Shown here in pieces: positions 1 to 9,517 of a stretch of 64,000 nucleotides of DNA. The position numbers were made by a program, and so were the translations under genes. The stretch lies in contig CANLLF010000003.1 in assembly GCA_947491935.1 (NCBI GenBank), positions 580,397 to 644,396 on the forward strand. The letters run 5' to 3'. The notes beneath the pieces were generated by a model that worked only from the letters and a program-made list of their open reading frames with translations, searched no databases and was not told the DNA's origin. Each line of letters opens with the position of its first letter. Positions within the stretch are counted from its first letter, which is position 1. The DNA comes from an uncultured Roseicyclus sp. GTDB lineage: Bacteria > Pseudomonadota > Alphaproteobacteria > Rhodobacterales > Rhodobacteraceae.

Positions 1-295
1 CACGACCGGCTTCACCATGGACTCGGTCCTCGATATCCGCGCGCGCCTTGGCTACGCGCTGAATGACGCTGCGATGGTCTATGGCGCGTTGGGGTATTCC
101 ACCGGCGACGCGACGGACGTAACCAGCTTCGACATGAGCGGTTTCAACTATGGTGTCGGCGCGGAATACAACCTGACCGAGAGTATTTTCCTTGGCGTCG
201 ATTACACCGGGCGGCAGCTTGAAGGCGAGCGGCCAGGCTTCTCCTACGAAGCCGATGTGAATACGCTGACCCTGCGAGCCGGCCTACGTTTCTGA
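1..295 (+). CDS. Outer-membrane beta-barrel protein (Omp25/OMP_b-brl-like), 5'-truncated by window edge
   Basis: Frame open back to the window start; alternating amphipathic strands and C-terminal LRAGLRF (terminal Phe of OMPs); paralogous to the next gene. Confidence 0.8.
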   Translation, partial: TTGFTMDSVLDIRARLGYALNDAAMVYGALGYSTGDATDVTSFDMSGFNYGVGAEYNLTESIFLGVDYTGRQLEGERPGFSYEADVNTLTLRAGLRF

Positions 296-313
296 TCCGG
301 GACGATTAGTTCG

Positions 314-342
314 GGGGCCGCGTCTTCGGGCGCGGCCTCTTT
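314..342 (+). terminator. Intrinsic terminator hairpin
   Basis: ggggccgcgtc-TTCG-ggcgcggcctc (cUUCGg tetraloop) followed by ttt, 18 nt after stop. Confidence 0.65.
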
Positions 343-513
343 CGTTGCGGCCATCGCGGACCAAGCGGAGGGCGGTGTGCAACTAGGGTGTGTGCACGTG
401 GCAACATCGGCGGAAGCCCGCCCATGCTGAAATAGAATCGTCTTACTGGGGCGCGGTGCAGCGGCTATTTTTGACCAATTGAAGATTTATCAAAATTTAG
501 ATGGAGGGCGTCC

Positions 514-1155
514 ATGACACGCTTCGCACTCACCACAACCGCCTTGGTTCTTTCCACGACCGCCTTGGTTCTTTCCACGACCGCCGCTGTCGCAGGCCCG
601 GTCGATGTTCCGCCGCCCCCACCGCCCGTCTACGTGGAAGAGGAGCGTTGCGGCCAATCGTTCGACTGCTTCTATGTCGGTCTCGAATACGGCCTCGGTC
701 AGGCAGACATCACGCGGAACGATCTGCAGACAGTTCCGGTGCCGCTCACCTTCGATCCCGAGGGATCCGTCTGGGGTGGCTTTGCCGGTTACAACGTGCA
801 GAATGGCTCGCTGGTCTATGGCGGTGAGGTTCGCATGCTGCACTTCATCGACGTCTCCGTAGCCGATTTCGAAGTCGACGACGTGATCGATATTCGCGGC
901 CGCATCGGTGTCGCCGCCTCTGAAGACCTCCTGCTCTACGCCGCGGCCGGCTACTCCACGGCCAATGCAACCGCCGGTGGCGTCGATGTGGACCTCGACG
1001 GTTTCAACTTCGGCGCAGGCATCGAATACAACGTGACCGAGCGCTTCTTCGTGGGCGCCGATTTCACGGCCCGTGAAGTGGAGGGCGAAACGCCCGTCTT
1101 CTCCTATGACGGCAGCCTGAACACAGCGACCTTGCGGATTGGTTTCCGGTTCTGA
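514..1155 (+). CDS. Outer-membrane beta-barrel protein (Omp25/porin-like)
   Basis: Signal peptide, Pro-rich linker, CFYVGLEYG...GGFAGYN...YGGE...RGRIG motifs, ends LRIGFRF; RBS ggagg upstream. Confidence 0.85.
   Translation: MTRFALTTTALVLSTTALVLSTTAAVAGPVDVPPPPPPVYVEEERCGQSFDCFYVGLEYGLGQADITRNDLQTVPVPLTFDPEGSVWGGFAGYNVQNGSLVYGGEVRMLHFIDVSVADFEVDDVIDIRGRIGVAASEDLLLYAAAGYSTANATAGGVDVDLDGFNFGAGIEYNVTERFFVGADFTAREVEGETPVFSYDGSLNTATLRIGFRF
538..585 (+). repeat. Perfect 21-bp tandem duplication in the signal-peptide coding region
   Basis: accgccttggttctttccacg at 538-558 and 559-579, plus partial accgcc; encodes TALVLST twice. Confidence 0.95.
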
Positions 1156-1181
1156 TCCCACACACTCACGGCACAGGATTT

Positions 1182-1210
1182 GGGCGGCCTTCCGGGCCGC
1201 CCTTTTTCTT
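1182..1210 (+). terminator. Intrinsic terminator
   Basis: gggcggcc-ttccg-ggccgccc followed by T-tract. Confidence 0.85.
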
Positions 1211-1295
1211 GTGTGGGACGGGACTTGGAGGATTAATCGTTTAGGTCGTGCAAAAACACTGGCCCCGACCGCGCATCAGATTAGGGTCGCCCCCG

Positions 1296-2207
1296 ATGAC
1301 ACGGACCACTCCCCCTCCCCTGGCCGTTCCCTCCAACGTGCCTGCCGCTGCCCTGTGGATGGTCGGCGCAGTGGTCTCGTTCAGTGCCATGGCCATCGCG
1401 GGCCGAGAGGCGAGCGTGGAGCTCGATACGTTCGAGATGATGACCTATCGGTCGATGGTCGGTCTGGCGCTCGTGTTGCTGATCGGGGGCGTCACCGGCC
1501 ATTTGGGTGAGATCCGCACCAACCGCTTGCCCACCCACATCCTGCGCAACATGGTGCATTTCACCGGCCAGAACCTGTGGTTCTGGGCGCTGACGGTGAT
1601 CCCGCTGGCCCAGGTCTTCGCGCTGGAATTCACCGCACCGCTCTGGGTGATGCTGATGGCGGCGCTGTTTCTGGGCGAACGGCTGACGGGCGTGAAGGCT
1701 TTGGCGGGGCTTCTGGGGTTTGTCGGCATCCTGATCGTGGTGCGCCCGGGCAGCGTCCCGCTGTCGCCGGGAATGCTGGCCGCCGCCGCCGCCGCGATTT
1801 TCTTTGCCGCCACGGCGATCTTCACCAAACGGCTGACGCAGGATCAATCCATCACCTGCATCCTGTTTTGGCTGACGGTGATCCAGCTGATCCTCGGTCT
1901 TGGCTTTTGCCTTTACGATGGCGACATTGCGCTGCCGTCCATGGCCTCCCTGCCCTGGGTCATCGTGATCGGTCTGGGCGGCCTGACGGCGCATTTCTGC
2001 ATCACCTCCGCACTGGCGCTTGCCCCCGCCTCCGTGGTGATGCCGATCGACTTCATCCGCCTGCCCGCCATCGCTATTCTAGGCGTCCTGTTCTATGATG
2101 AACCCCTGGAAGCGGCCGTGCTGATCGGTGCCGTCCTGATCTTCGGGGCGAACTATATCAATGTGCTCGCCGAGCACCGGCGCAGCCGTTCAACCGCGGA
2201 ACTGTAG
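1296..2207 (+). CDS. DMT/EamA family transporter
   Basis: About 10 hydrophobic helices, FALEFTAPLWV..LAALFLGE motif, two EamA repeats; start moved to ATG 1296. Confidence 0.85.
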   Translation: MTRTTPPPLAVPSNVPAAALWMVGAVVSFSAMAIAGREASVELDTFEMMTYRSMVGLALVLLIGGVTGHLGEIRTNRLPTHILRNMVHFTGQNLWFWALTVIPLAQVFALEFTAPLWVMLMAALFLGERLTGVKALAGLLGFVGILIVVRPGSVPLSPGMLAAAAAAIFFAATAIFTKRLTQDQSITCILFWLTVIQLILGLGFCLYDGDIALPSMASLPWVIVIGLGGLTAHFCITSALALAPASVVMPIDFIRLPAIAILGVLFYDEPLEAAVLIGAVLIFGANYINVLAEHRRSRSTAEL

Positions 2208-2339
2208 CAAATCTGACACATCCCTCAGCCGAGGTGGCCCATGGCCGACCCTGACGCTGCGGAAGAATTGACCGGATCGGCCCTTTCCCGGCTTTAGTAG
2301 TCCAGACACTCATCGGGACACCTTGTCAGGGAGGCATCC

Positions 2340-3443
2340 ATGACCCGCTACACCACACCAGCCCTCGCGGCCCTATTGGCCACCACGTCACTTGCCTATG
2401 CCGGCGGCATCGACCGCAACGGCTTCAACATCTCGCCCCTCTTCGAGGACGGCGACTACGCTGAATTCAGCTACAGCTACGTGATGCCGGAAGTCACCGG
2501 CGTGAATGCGGCGGGGACGTTTGGCTCCGGCGACATGGCCAATGACTACTCCACCGTCGGTTTCGCCTATCGCACGGACCTGACCGATCAGCTGTCGCTC
2601 GCCTTTGTGTACGACACCGCCTACGGCGCCGACATCACCTACGAAAATGCCCAGGTCGGTTTCCCGTTCCGCAATTTCAATGCAGCGCTGAACGGCACCT
2701 CTGCGGCGGCATATCTCCGCTACCAGATTAACGACAATGTGAGCGTCTATGGTGGCGTGCGCTATGTGGTGATGAACGCGGAGATCAACCTGATTGCAGG
2801 CGGCAACGTCGGCGCGGCCGGGATCGCAGCGAACCAAACGCTGAGCTACGGGGCCGAGGGTGATTTCGGATACACTCTGGGCGCTGCCTACGAGATCCCG
2901 GACATCGCACTGCGCGCCAGCCTGACGTATCACTCCGCAACGAGCTATGAGCACACGATTACCAGTTCGACGGCCCCCACCGCGCTCGGGCCCTATGCCG
3001 CGACCACGTCCTATTCGCTCCCACAATCGCTGACGCTCGATTTCCAGACCGGCGTTGCCGAAGGCACGCTCGTGATGGCCTCGGTGCGCTGGACGGATTG
3101 GTCCGAAGCGGACATCCCGACACAATCGGCCCTGGGCGTAATCTCGAATGACGACGTGTTCACCTGGATGATTGGTGGCGCGCGCCGCTTCACCGACGAT
3201 CTCGCGCTGGTTGGCCGGATCACTTATGAGGCATCCACCGGAGATCCGGCGTCCAACCTGGCCCCCACCGATGGATCGGTCGGCCTGTCGCTGGCCGGCG
3301 TCTACGATCTCTCCGATCAGGTGACCCTGACGGCGGGCATCAACTACACGATGTTGGGGGACGCCACCACCACCGCTGTCGCCAACCAATTCGCGGATAA
3401 CTCGGCACTCGGGTTTGGCTTCCGCGTGGGCTACAACTTCTGA
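2340..3443 (+). CDS. OmpP1/FadL-type outer-membrane transporter
   Basis: Signal peptide then AGGIDRNG hatch motif typical of Rhodobacteraceae FadL-like proteins; ends RVGYNF. Confidence 0.8.
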   Translation: MTRYTTPALAALLATTSLAYAGGIDRNGFNISPLFEDGDYAEFSYSYVMPEVTGVNAAGTFGSGDMANDYSTVGFAYRTDLTDQLSLAFVYDTAYGADITYENAQVGFPFRNFNAALNGTSAAAYLRYQINDNVSVYGGVRYVVMNAEINLIAGGNVGAAGIAANQTLSYGAEGDFGYTLGAAYEIPDIALRASLTYHSATSYEHTITSSTAPTALGPYAATTSYSLPQSLTLDFQTGVAEGTLVMASVRWTDWSEADIPTQSALGVISNDDVFTWMIGGARRFTDDLALVGRITYEASTGDPASNLAPTDGSVGLSLAGVYDLSDQVTLTAGINYTMLGDATTTAVANQFADNSALGFGFRVGYNF

Positions 3444-3463
3444 ACACGGCCACCTATTGATCT

Positions 3464-3498
3464 GAAAACCCCGCGCCCTCACCGGCGTGGGGTTTTTC
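3464..3498 (+). terminator. Intrinsic terminator (possibly bidirectional)
   Basis: gaaaaccccgcgcc-loop-ggcgtggggttttt. Confidence 0.8.
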
Positions 3499-3558
3499 CA
3501 TGCCTGATCCGCAAGTTCCGGGTCGCGCAGGCTCCCGCCGCATCCTAGACCTCTGGCC

Positions 3559-4467
3559 ATGACCCAAACCTCCGTCAGCACCCGCGCATGGATCGAGATG
3601 GCCCTTCTGGCCGTGATCTGGGGCGCGTCGTTCCTGTCGATCAAGGTGGGGTTGGACGAGCTTCCTTTCCTGACCCTCGTGACGCACCGCGTGGTCTGGG
3701 CCTGCCTGATCCTGTGGGCCTACGTCCTGATCCGGCGCCTGCCCGTCCCCGGCAATTGGCGCATCTGGGGGGCGTTTCTGGTAATGGGCCTTCTCAACAA
3801 CGTCATCCCGTTCGCGCTCATGGCGTGGGGCCAGCAATTCATCGAAACGGGCCTGACATCCATCTTTAATGCCGGTACGGCAATCTTCGGGGTGCTCGTG
3901 GCCGCGCTGTTCTTTTCCGATGAACGCCTGACGCTGCGCAAGACCCTCGGCGTTCTGGTCGCCTTCTTCGGCGTGGCCGTCGCCATCGGGCTGGACAGTT
4001 TTCAGGCGTTCGATATCCGCTCGCTCGCGCAGTTGGCCGTGATCGGCGGCACGCTCTCCTACGCCTTCGCCGCCGCTTGGGCGCGCAAGACGATGCAGGG
4101 CCTCAGCCCGCAGGTTTCGGCTGCAGGGATGCTGACGGGCTCAAGCCTGATCCTGCTGCCGGCCGCAATCCTAATCGACGGCCTGCCACAGATCCCGGCC
4201 CTGCCCCGGACCTACGCCGCCATCGCCTATTTCTCGATCATCGGCACCGCCATGGCCTACCTGCTCTACTACCGCGTGCTGGCCAGTGCCGGATCTGGCA
4301 ACACGATGCTGGTGACCCTGATGATCCCTCCCGTGGCCATTGCCCTTGGCACTTGGGTTCTGGACGAACGGCTGGCGCCCTCGGCCTTTGTGGGCTTCGC
4401 GCTTCTGGCGCTCGGGCTCATCATCCTCGATGGGCGGGCACTGGCCCGGTTGCGCCAGCGCGCCTGA
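3559..4467 (+). CDS. DMT/EamA family transporter
   Basis: IWGASFL..K, NNVIPF.LMAWGQQFI.TGL.SI.NA motifs; 10 TM. Confidence 0.9.
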   Translation: MTQTSVSTRAWIEMALLAVIWGASFLSIKVGLDELPFLTLVTHRVVWACLILWAYVLIRRLPVPGNWRIWGAFLVMGLLNNVIPFALMAWGQQFIETGLTSIFNAGTAIFGVLVAALFFSDERLTLRKTLGVLVAFFGVAVAIGLDSFQAFDIRSLAQLAVIGGTLSYAFAAAWARKTMQGLSPQVSAAGMLTGSSLILLPAAILIDGLPQIPALPRTYAAIAYFSIIGTAMAYLLYYRVLASAGSGNTMLVTLMIPPVAIALGTWVLDERLAPSAFVGFALLALGLIILDGRALARLRQRA

Positions 4468-4559
4468 TGACAATTTTACTTGGCCCGCATAGGCAGGCTG
4501 TCGTAACGTCATCTCAGCGGCGGGCTAGCCCTAACCCTAAGATTTGAAAGACGATATTC

Positions 4560-4928
4560 ATGAAAACCCTATTCGCCCTTATCCTCGCGGCCATTTTTCT
4601 GGTGTCCGCGCCCACCCCTTCGACCGCGCAGCAGGTGCAGACCGAGTGGCTGACCTCCGACCAGTATCAGGCCTATTTCAACTCGCAGGTTTCGGGCTCG
4701 GGGCTGGTGCCGACCTATGTGGAAGCCGACGTGTTCCATGGCCAGCTCTACTATTACGCCACGTTTCAGCGCCTCAACGGCATCGGGTGGGCCACCCATC
4801 ACGGCCTGTCGGACGCGTCCTTCAACCAGCGCAACAACCAGTACCTCTCGCAAGGTTATCGGCTGGTCCATCATCAGCGCTTTACCGGCGCCGGACGTGT
4901 GGTGAACCAGGGCGTCTGGCACCGATAG
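4560..4928 (+). CDS. Secreted protein with two bacterial tandem repeat (BTRD1-like / polyglycine-hydrolase-like) units
   Basis: Signal peptide; repeats WLTSDQYQAYFNSQV..GLVPTYV and WATHHGLSDASFNQRNNQYLSQGYRLVHH resemble the W-ARHG-x-YQ-x-F-x-GYR consensus. Confidence 0.6.
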   Translation: MKTLFALILAAIFLVSAPTPSTAQQVQTEWLTSDQYQAYFNSQVSGSGLVPTYVEADVFHGQLYYYATFQRLNGIGWATHHGLSDASFNQRNNQYLSQGYRLVHHQRFTGAGRVVNQGVWHR

Positions 4929-4938
4929 GTCCAAGCCC

Positions 4939-4969
4939 GCTTGCCACGGGCGCAAATCCCGTGGCAAGC
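4939..4969 (+). terminator. 12-bp perfect hairpin after the BTRD1 gene (terminator-like, no U-tract)
   Basis: gcttgccacggg-cgcaaat-cccgtggcaagc. Confidence 0.5.
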
Positions 4970-4976
4970 AACCGGC

Positions 4977-5855
4977 ATGAAACGAATTTACGACAGCCCC
5001 CACACCTTCCGCACCGCGCCGCACAAACGCATCGCGGTCTTTGGCATGTCCGGCCTGGGCAAGACGCGCCTCGCTTCACTGCTCCGGGCAGGCGGTGCGT
5101 GGTTTCACTATTCCGTCGATTACCGCATCGGCACCGCCTATATGGGCGAACACATAACCGATAATTTGAAGAAACAGGCGATGCAGATGCCGCTTCTGGC
5201 GGATCTGCTGCGCTCTGACAGTATCTATATCGGCTCCAACATTACCTTTGGAAACCTTGCACCACTCTCGACCTACCTTGGCAAACCCGGCGATCCGGCC
5301 AAGGGCGGGCTGCCCTTCGCGGAATACAAGCGCCGCCAGGCGCTGCACCGCAGGGCGGAGGTCAACGCGCTTCTGGATACCGGGCCGTTCATACGCCGGG
5401 CCGAGGAGCTCTACGGATACGCGAACTTCATCTGCGATACCGGCGGGTCGATCTGCGAAGTTGTCGATCCCTCCGATCCGAACGACGAGGTTCTGACCGC
5501 GCTCAGCACTCAAACCCTGATGGTCTGGATCGAAAGCCCCGAGGGCCACGATGCGGAGCTGATCCGCCGCTTCAAGGCGGATCCCAAGCCGATCTATTAC
5601 CAGCCCGAGATGCTCGATGCGCTGTGGTCCGGCTATCTGGACGAAACGGGGCTGCACGAAGACGCGGTGGACCCCGACGCCTTCGCCGTCCACGCATTCG
5701 CCAAGGTTATCCACCACCGCGCGCCGCTCTACCGGGCCATGGCGCAAAACTGGGGTGTCACCGTCACCGCCGCGGCGGTCGAGGCCGTGCGCGATAGCCC
5801 CGATGCCGAAGAGATGATCGCCGCCGCCCTTGGCAGCACCCGGCAGACCGCCTAA
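4977..5855 (+). CDS. Uncharacterised P-loop ATPase/kinase-fold protein upstream of metA
   Basis: Walker A GMSGLGKT near the N-terminus; ICDTGGS Walker-B-like motif. Confidence 0.75.
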   Translation: MKRIYDSPHTFRTAPHKRIAVFGMSGLGKTRLASLLRAGGAWFHYSVDYRIGTAYMGEHITDNLKKQAMQMPLLADLLRSDSIYIGSNITFGNLAPLSTYLGKPGDPAKGGLPFAEYKRRQALHRRAEVNALLDTGPFIRRAEELYGYANFICDTGGSICEVVDPSDPNDEVLTALSTQTLMVWIESPEGHDAELIRRFKADPKPIYYQPEMLDALWSGYLDETGLHEDAVDPDAFAVHAFAKVIHHRAPLYRAMAQNWGVTVTAAAVEAVRDSPDAEEMIAAALGSTRQTA

Positions 5856-5889
5856 ATCCAGCCCTCACACGACAAAACGGCGCGTTCCC

Positions 5890-6831
5890 ATGCCCATCAA
5901 ACTGCCCGATACCCTGCCTGCCTATGATGTCCTCTCCCGCGAGGGCGTCATGGTCATGCCCGAGGATCACGCGGCCAAGCAGGACATTCGCCCGCTGCGT
6001 ATCGGGCTGTTGAACCTGATGCCCAAGAAGATCCAGACGGAGACGCAATTCGCCCGCCTGATCGGCGCCTCCCCCCTGCAGATCGAGTTTTCGCTGATCC
6101 GCATGTCGGACCATGCCACAAAGACGACCTCCGCCGAGCATATGGAGGCATTCTACCGACCGTTCTCCGAGGTTCAGGCCAGCGGGGAAAAGTTCGACGG
6201 CCTGCTGATCACCGGTGCGCCGATTGAGCATCTGCCCTTCGAGGAGGTCACTTATTGGGATGAGCTGAAGACGGTGATGGACTGGACCCAGACCCATGTG
6301 CATTCCACCTTCGGCATCTGCTGGGGCGGCATGGCGATGGCGTATTACTTCCACGGTGTGAAAAAGCACCTGCTGGAGGCCAAGGCATTCGGCTGCTTCC
6401 GTCACACCAACCGCGCCCCGGCCTCCCCCTATCTGCGCGGGTTTTCCGATGACGTGCTGATGCCGGTCAGCCGCTGGACGGAAGTGCAGGAGGCCGACGT
6501 AGCGAAGGCCGGTCTGAGGACCCTGATCGGCTCTGACGAGGTCGGTCCGGCTTTGGTGGAGGATCGCGATCACCGGGCGCTCTACGTCTTCAATCACTTC
6601 GAATATGACAGTGATACGCTGAAGCAGGAATATGATCGCGACGTGGAGGCCGGCGCACCGATCAATGTGCCGGTAAACTACTATCCGGACGATGACCCAT
6701 CGCGCGATCCGCTCAATCGCTGGCGATCCCACGCGCATCTGCTCTATGGCAATTGGGTGTCCGAACTGTATCTCACCACGCCTTACGAGATCGACCAGAT
6801 CGGCCTGGCCTCGACGGATTTGCGGAGATGA
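5890..6831 (+). CDS. metA: Homoserine O-acyltransferase, MetA family (acetyl-type signature)
   Basis: [21 protein letters not shown], catalytic GICWG, NHFEYD; TGAPIE has Glu at the specificity position. Confidence 0.95.
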   Translation: MPIKLPDTLPAYDVLSREGVMVMPEDHAAKQDIRPLRIGLLNLMPKKIQTETQFARLIGASPLQIEFSLIRMSDHATKTTSAEHMEAFYRPFSEVQASGEKFDGLLITGAPIEHLPFEEVTYWDELKTVMDWTQTHVHSTFGICWGGMAMAYYFHGVKKHLLEAKAFGCFRHTNRAPASPYLRGFSDDVLMPVSRWTEVQEADVAKAGLRTLIGSDEVGPALVEDRDHRALYVFNHFEYDSDTLKQEYDRDVEAGAPINVPVNYYPDDDPSRDPLNRWRSHAHLLYGNWVSELYLTTPYEIDQIGLASTDLRR

Positions 6832-7772
6832 AGGTGTTGATTGCTGTTGTCCTTCTTCTGGCGATCTTCGCCGCCGCCACCCTGTGGCGCGCCGCCACGC
6901 GTGAGGCGGCGGCCGAGGCCGCCCACCCGCCCGCCGGGCAATTCGTCGAGGTCAATGGCACTCGCGTGCATTACATCGATGAAGGTGACGGCCCCGCACT
7001 CGTCCTGATCCATGGATCCTCGGGCAATGTGAACGATTGGACGTTCGACATGGTCGGCCGCCTGCGAGACCGCTATCGCGTGATCGCGTTTGACCGGCCC
7101 GGCCTCGGCTACACAGATAGGATCGGGCGCAACGCCACCGTGGCCCAACAGGCCAACCTGCTGGCCGATGCGGCCCAGGCCATCGGCGTGGACGCGCCGC
7201 TGGTCATCGGCCATTCCTATGGCGGCGCGATCGCGCTGGGATGGGCGCTGGAGCGGCCTGAGAATCTGTCGGGCCTCGTCGTGCTGGCCGGTGCCACGAA
7301 CCCGTGGGAGGGCGGCGTCGGCACCTATTACACGTTGCTGTCGAACCCCGTCATCGGGCCTGTCATGGCCGCACTTATTGTCGCGTGGGCGCCCGACGAT
7401 CTGGTCAAACGCAGCATCGAGAGCGTCTTCGCGCCGCAAACGGCACCGGACCGTTATGCCGCGCATTTCGGCGCGGGGCTCACACTCCGGCGCTTCTCGC
7501 TATTCGAAAACGCCCTGCAACGCGCATCGCTCCTGCCGCAGATCGAAGCGATGGTGCCCCGCTATCCCGGCATCTCGGTGCCCACGGAGATCCTGCACGG
7601 GGATGCCGACACAACCGTGGGCCTTCAGGTTCATTCCATTCCCCTGAGCAATCAGATCCCCGACAGCAATCTGGTGGTAATGGATGGCGTGGGCCACATG
7701 CCACAACATTCCGATCCTCAAGCGCTCGTCGACGCCATCGACCGCCTCGCCGCCCGTGCAGGCTTACGTTAG
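6828..7772 (+). CDS. Membrane-anchored alpha/beta hydrolase
   Basis: ATGA overlap with metA stop; N-terminal TM; LIHGSSG, FDRPGLG, GHSYGG nucleophile elbow, GVGHMP. Confidence 0.85.
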   Translation: MKVLIAVVLLLAIFAAATLWRAATREAAAEAAHPPAGQFVEVNGTRVHYIDEGDGPALVLIHGSSGNVNDWTFDMVGRLRDRYRVIAFDRPGLGYTDRIGRNATVAQQANLLADAAQAIGVDAPLVIGHSYGGAIALGWALERPENLSGLVVLAGATNPWEGGVGTYYTLLSNPVIGPVMAALIVAWAPDDLVKRSIESVFAPQTAPDRYAAHFGAGLTLRRFSLFENALQRASLLPQIEAMVPRYPGISVPTEILHGDADTTVGLQVHSIPLSNQIPDSNLVVMDGVGHMPQHSDPQALVDAIDRLAARAGLR

Positions 7773-7853
7773 GAAACGCCCGGTTTCATTGCGCAATCGC
7801 CTGAGAATGCCTAATGTAATAACAAATAACATGACCCAAGGCAGGGCCGAGCC

Positions 7854-8738
7854 ATGACCAAACCCTTCGATGGGGCGATCAGCGCCTATTACAAACACGA
7901 CGCGCCCGATTGGGTGCGCGACCAGATCAAGTCGGCCAAGAAGCACCGCGTGCTGGACCCGTCCTTTCCCTACGACGCACGGATGGACAAAGACGCTTAT
8001 GAAGAGCAGCTGGAGGCGCTGCAGATCGAACTGGTCAAGATGCTGGCCTGGGTCCGCGAGACCGGAGAGCGGATCGCGGTTGTGTTCGAGGGCCGCGATG
8101 CGGCGGGCAAAGGCGGTTGCATCAAGCGGATCCGCGAAAACCTGAACCCCCGTGCAGCAAGCGTGGTGGCCTTGTCGAAACCCACCGATCGCGAAGCCAG
8201 CCAATGGTATTTTCAACGCTACATCAGTCACTTGCCCGCTGCCGGTGAGATCCGTCTGTTCGACCGGTCCTGGTATAACCGTGGCGTCGTTGAGAAGGTG
8301 TTCGGCTTTTGCACCGATGAGCAGCGCGAGACGTTTTTTGCCCAACTCCCCGGTTTCGAATCCACGCTGGTGCAGGACGGCATCCACCTGACCAAGATCT
8401 GGCTGAACGTCGGCCGCGCCGAACAGCTGCGCCGCTTTCTGGACCGCGAGGATGATCCCCTTAAGCAATGGAAGTTGAGCTGGATCGACGTCGAAGGCCT
8501 AAAGAAATGGGATCCCTATTCCGATGCCATTGCCGAGACTCTGGAGCGCTCCCACACCCAGGCCGCGCCATGGACGATCATCCGCTCCGATGACAAACGA
8601 CGCGCGCGGCTGGCCGTGATACGCGCAGTGCTTGCGGGCCTTGATTACAAGGGTAAGAAGGACAAGGTTGTCGGCCCACCCGACCCCGCCATCACCGGCG
8701 GACCCGACATGTGGTCCGATCCCGGGGCCGCTGATTGA
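7854..8738 (+). CDS. ppk2: Polyphosphate kinase 2
   Basis: [11 protein letters not shown] Walker [18 protein letters not shown] lid motifs. Confidence 0.95.
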   Translation: MTKPFDGAISAYYKHDAPDWVRDQIKSAKKHRVLDPSFPYDARMDKDAYEEQLEALQIELVKMLAWVRETGERIAVVFEGRDAAGKGGCIKRIRENLNPRAASVVALSKPTDREASQWYFQRYISHLPAAGEIRLFDRSWYNRGVVEKVFGFCTDEQRETFFAQLPGFESTLVQDGIHLTKIWLNVGRAEQLRRFLDREDDPLKQWKLSWIDVEGLKKWDPYSDAIAETLERSHTQAAPWTIIRSDDKRRARLAVIRAVLAGLDYKGKKDKVVGPPDPAITGGPDMWSDPGAAD

Positions 8739-8739
8739 C

Positions 8740-9357
8740 ATGCCCAAACGCGGTTACCATCACGGCAACCTCAAACAGGCCCTGGTCGATGCGGCCCTGC
8801 GCCTGATCGAGGAAAAAGGCCCGACCGGCTTTACCCTGTCGGAGGCGGCGAAGAATGCTGGCGTGACGCCCGCCGCCGTCTATCGCCATTTCGAAGGCCG
8901 CGAAGACCTGATCGTGGAATGCGCGCGCCAGGGGCATGAGATCTTTGCCGATCTGATGATCCATGCGTTCAACGGCGGCAAACCCTCTGCGCTTGCGGCA
9001 TTCGAGGCGACCGGCCGCGCCTATCTGGCCTTTGCCCGCAAGTTTCCGGGGCATTACATGGCGATGTTCGAAAGCGGCACGGCGGCCAATGCCACGCCTG
9101 AACTGGCCGCGGCGGCAGGGCGATCCCGCGACGTGCTGGAAAACGCGGCGCAAGCCCTCTCCGAGCATATCCCACCCGAAAAGCGCCCGCCGCCTTCGAT
9201 GTTCTCCGCCCATATCTGGGCCATGAGCCACGGGGTGGTGGAGCTCTTCGCGCGGGGCCGCCCGGGGGCCAATGCGCCCTTCCCGCCCGAGGATCTGCTT
9301 GAGGCCGGGATCGGGATTTACCTGCGCGGCCTCGGCCTGATCACACCGGACACCTAG
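8740..9357 (+). CDS. TetR/AcrR family regulator
   Basis: GYHHGNLKQALVDAA...FTLSEAAK.AGVTPAAVYRHF HTH. Confidence 0.9.
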   Translation: MPKRGYHHGNLKQALVDAALRLIEEKGPTGFTLSEAAKNAGVTPAAVYRHFEGREDLIVECARQGHEIFADLMIHAFNGGKPSALAAFEATGRAYLAFARKFPGHYMAMFESGTAANATPELAAAAGRSRDVLENAAQALSEHIPPEKRPPPSMFSAHIWAMSHGVVELFARGRPGANAPFPPEDLLEAGIGIYLRGLGLITPDT

Positions 9358-9517
9358 GCGGAAGCCCGCCGAAGGCCTGCCGCCCGTATTTTGGGCTTTG
9401 GGCGTGTGGCCCGGTCTGCCTACGCTGTTAGTGCATTTTACGACACATTTTCAGGCCGTCCTCCGGGCGCGTTTTTATTGCTCGGCTTCCGGCCAAAATA
9501 CATTTTGGAGACGTCCC

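Noticed and set aside
425-445. AATAGAA-TCG-TCTTACT as a third ICE box upstream of the second OMP
   Set aside because: Right half-site deviates too far from TTCYAAA
538-585. Possible CRISPR-like repeat
   Set aside because: Units are contiguous without spacers, lie in frame within a CDS, and no cas genes are present
4470-5890. SAM-II or SAM-SAH riboswitch ahead of the ATPase-metA operon
   Set aside because: No matching consensus in the short intergenic gaps (4468-4559, 4929-4976, 5856-5889)
7788-7830. ATTGCGCAAT palindrome and AT-rich run upstream of ppk2 as a Pho box
   Set aside because: No 11-bp-spaced CTGTCAT-type direct repeats; too short to call
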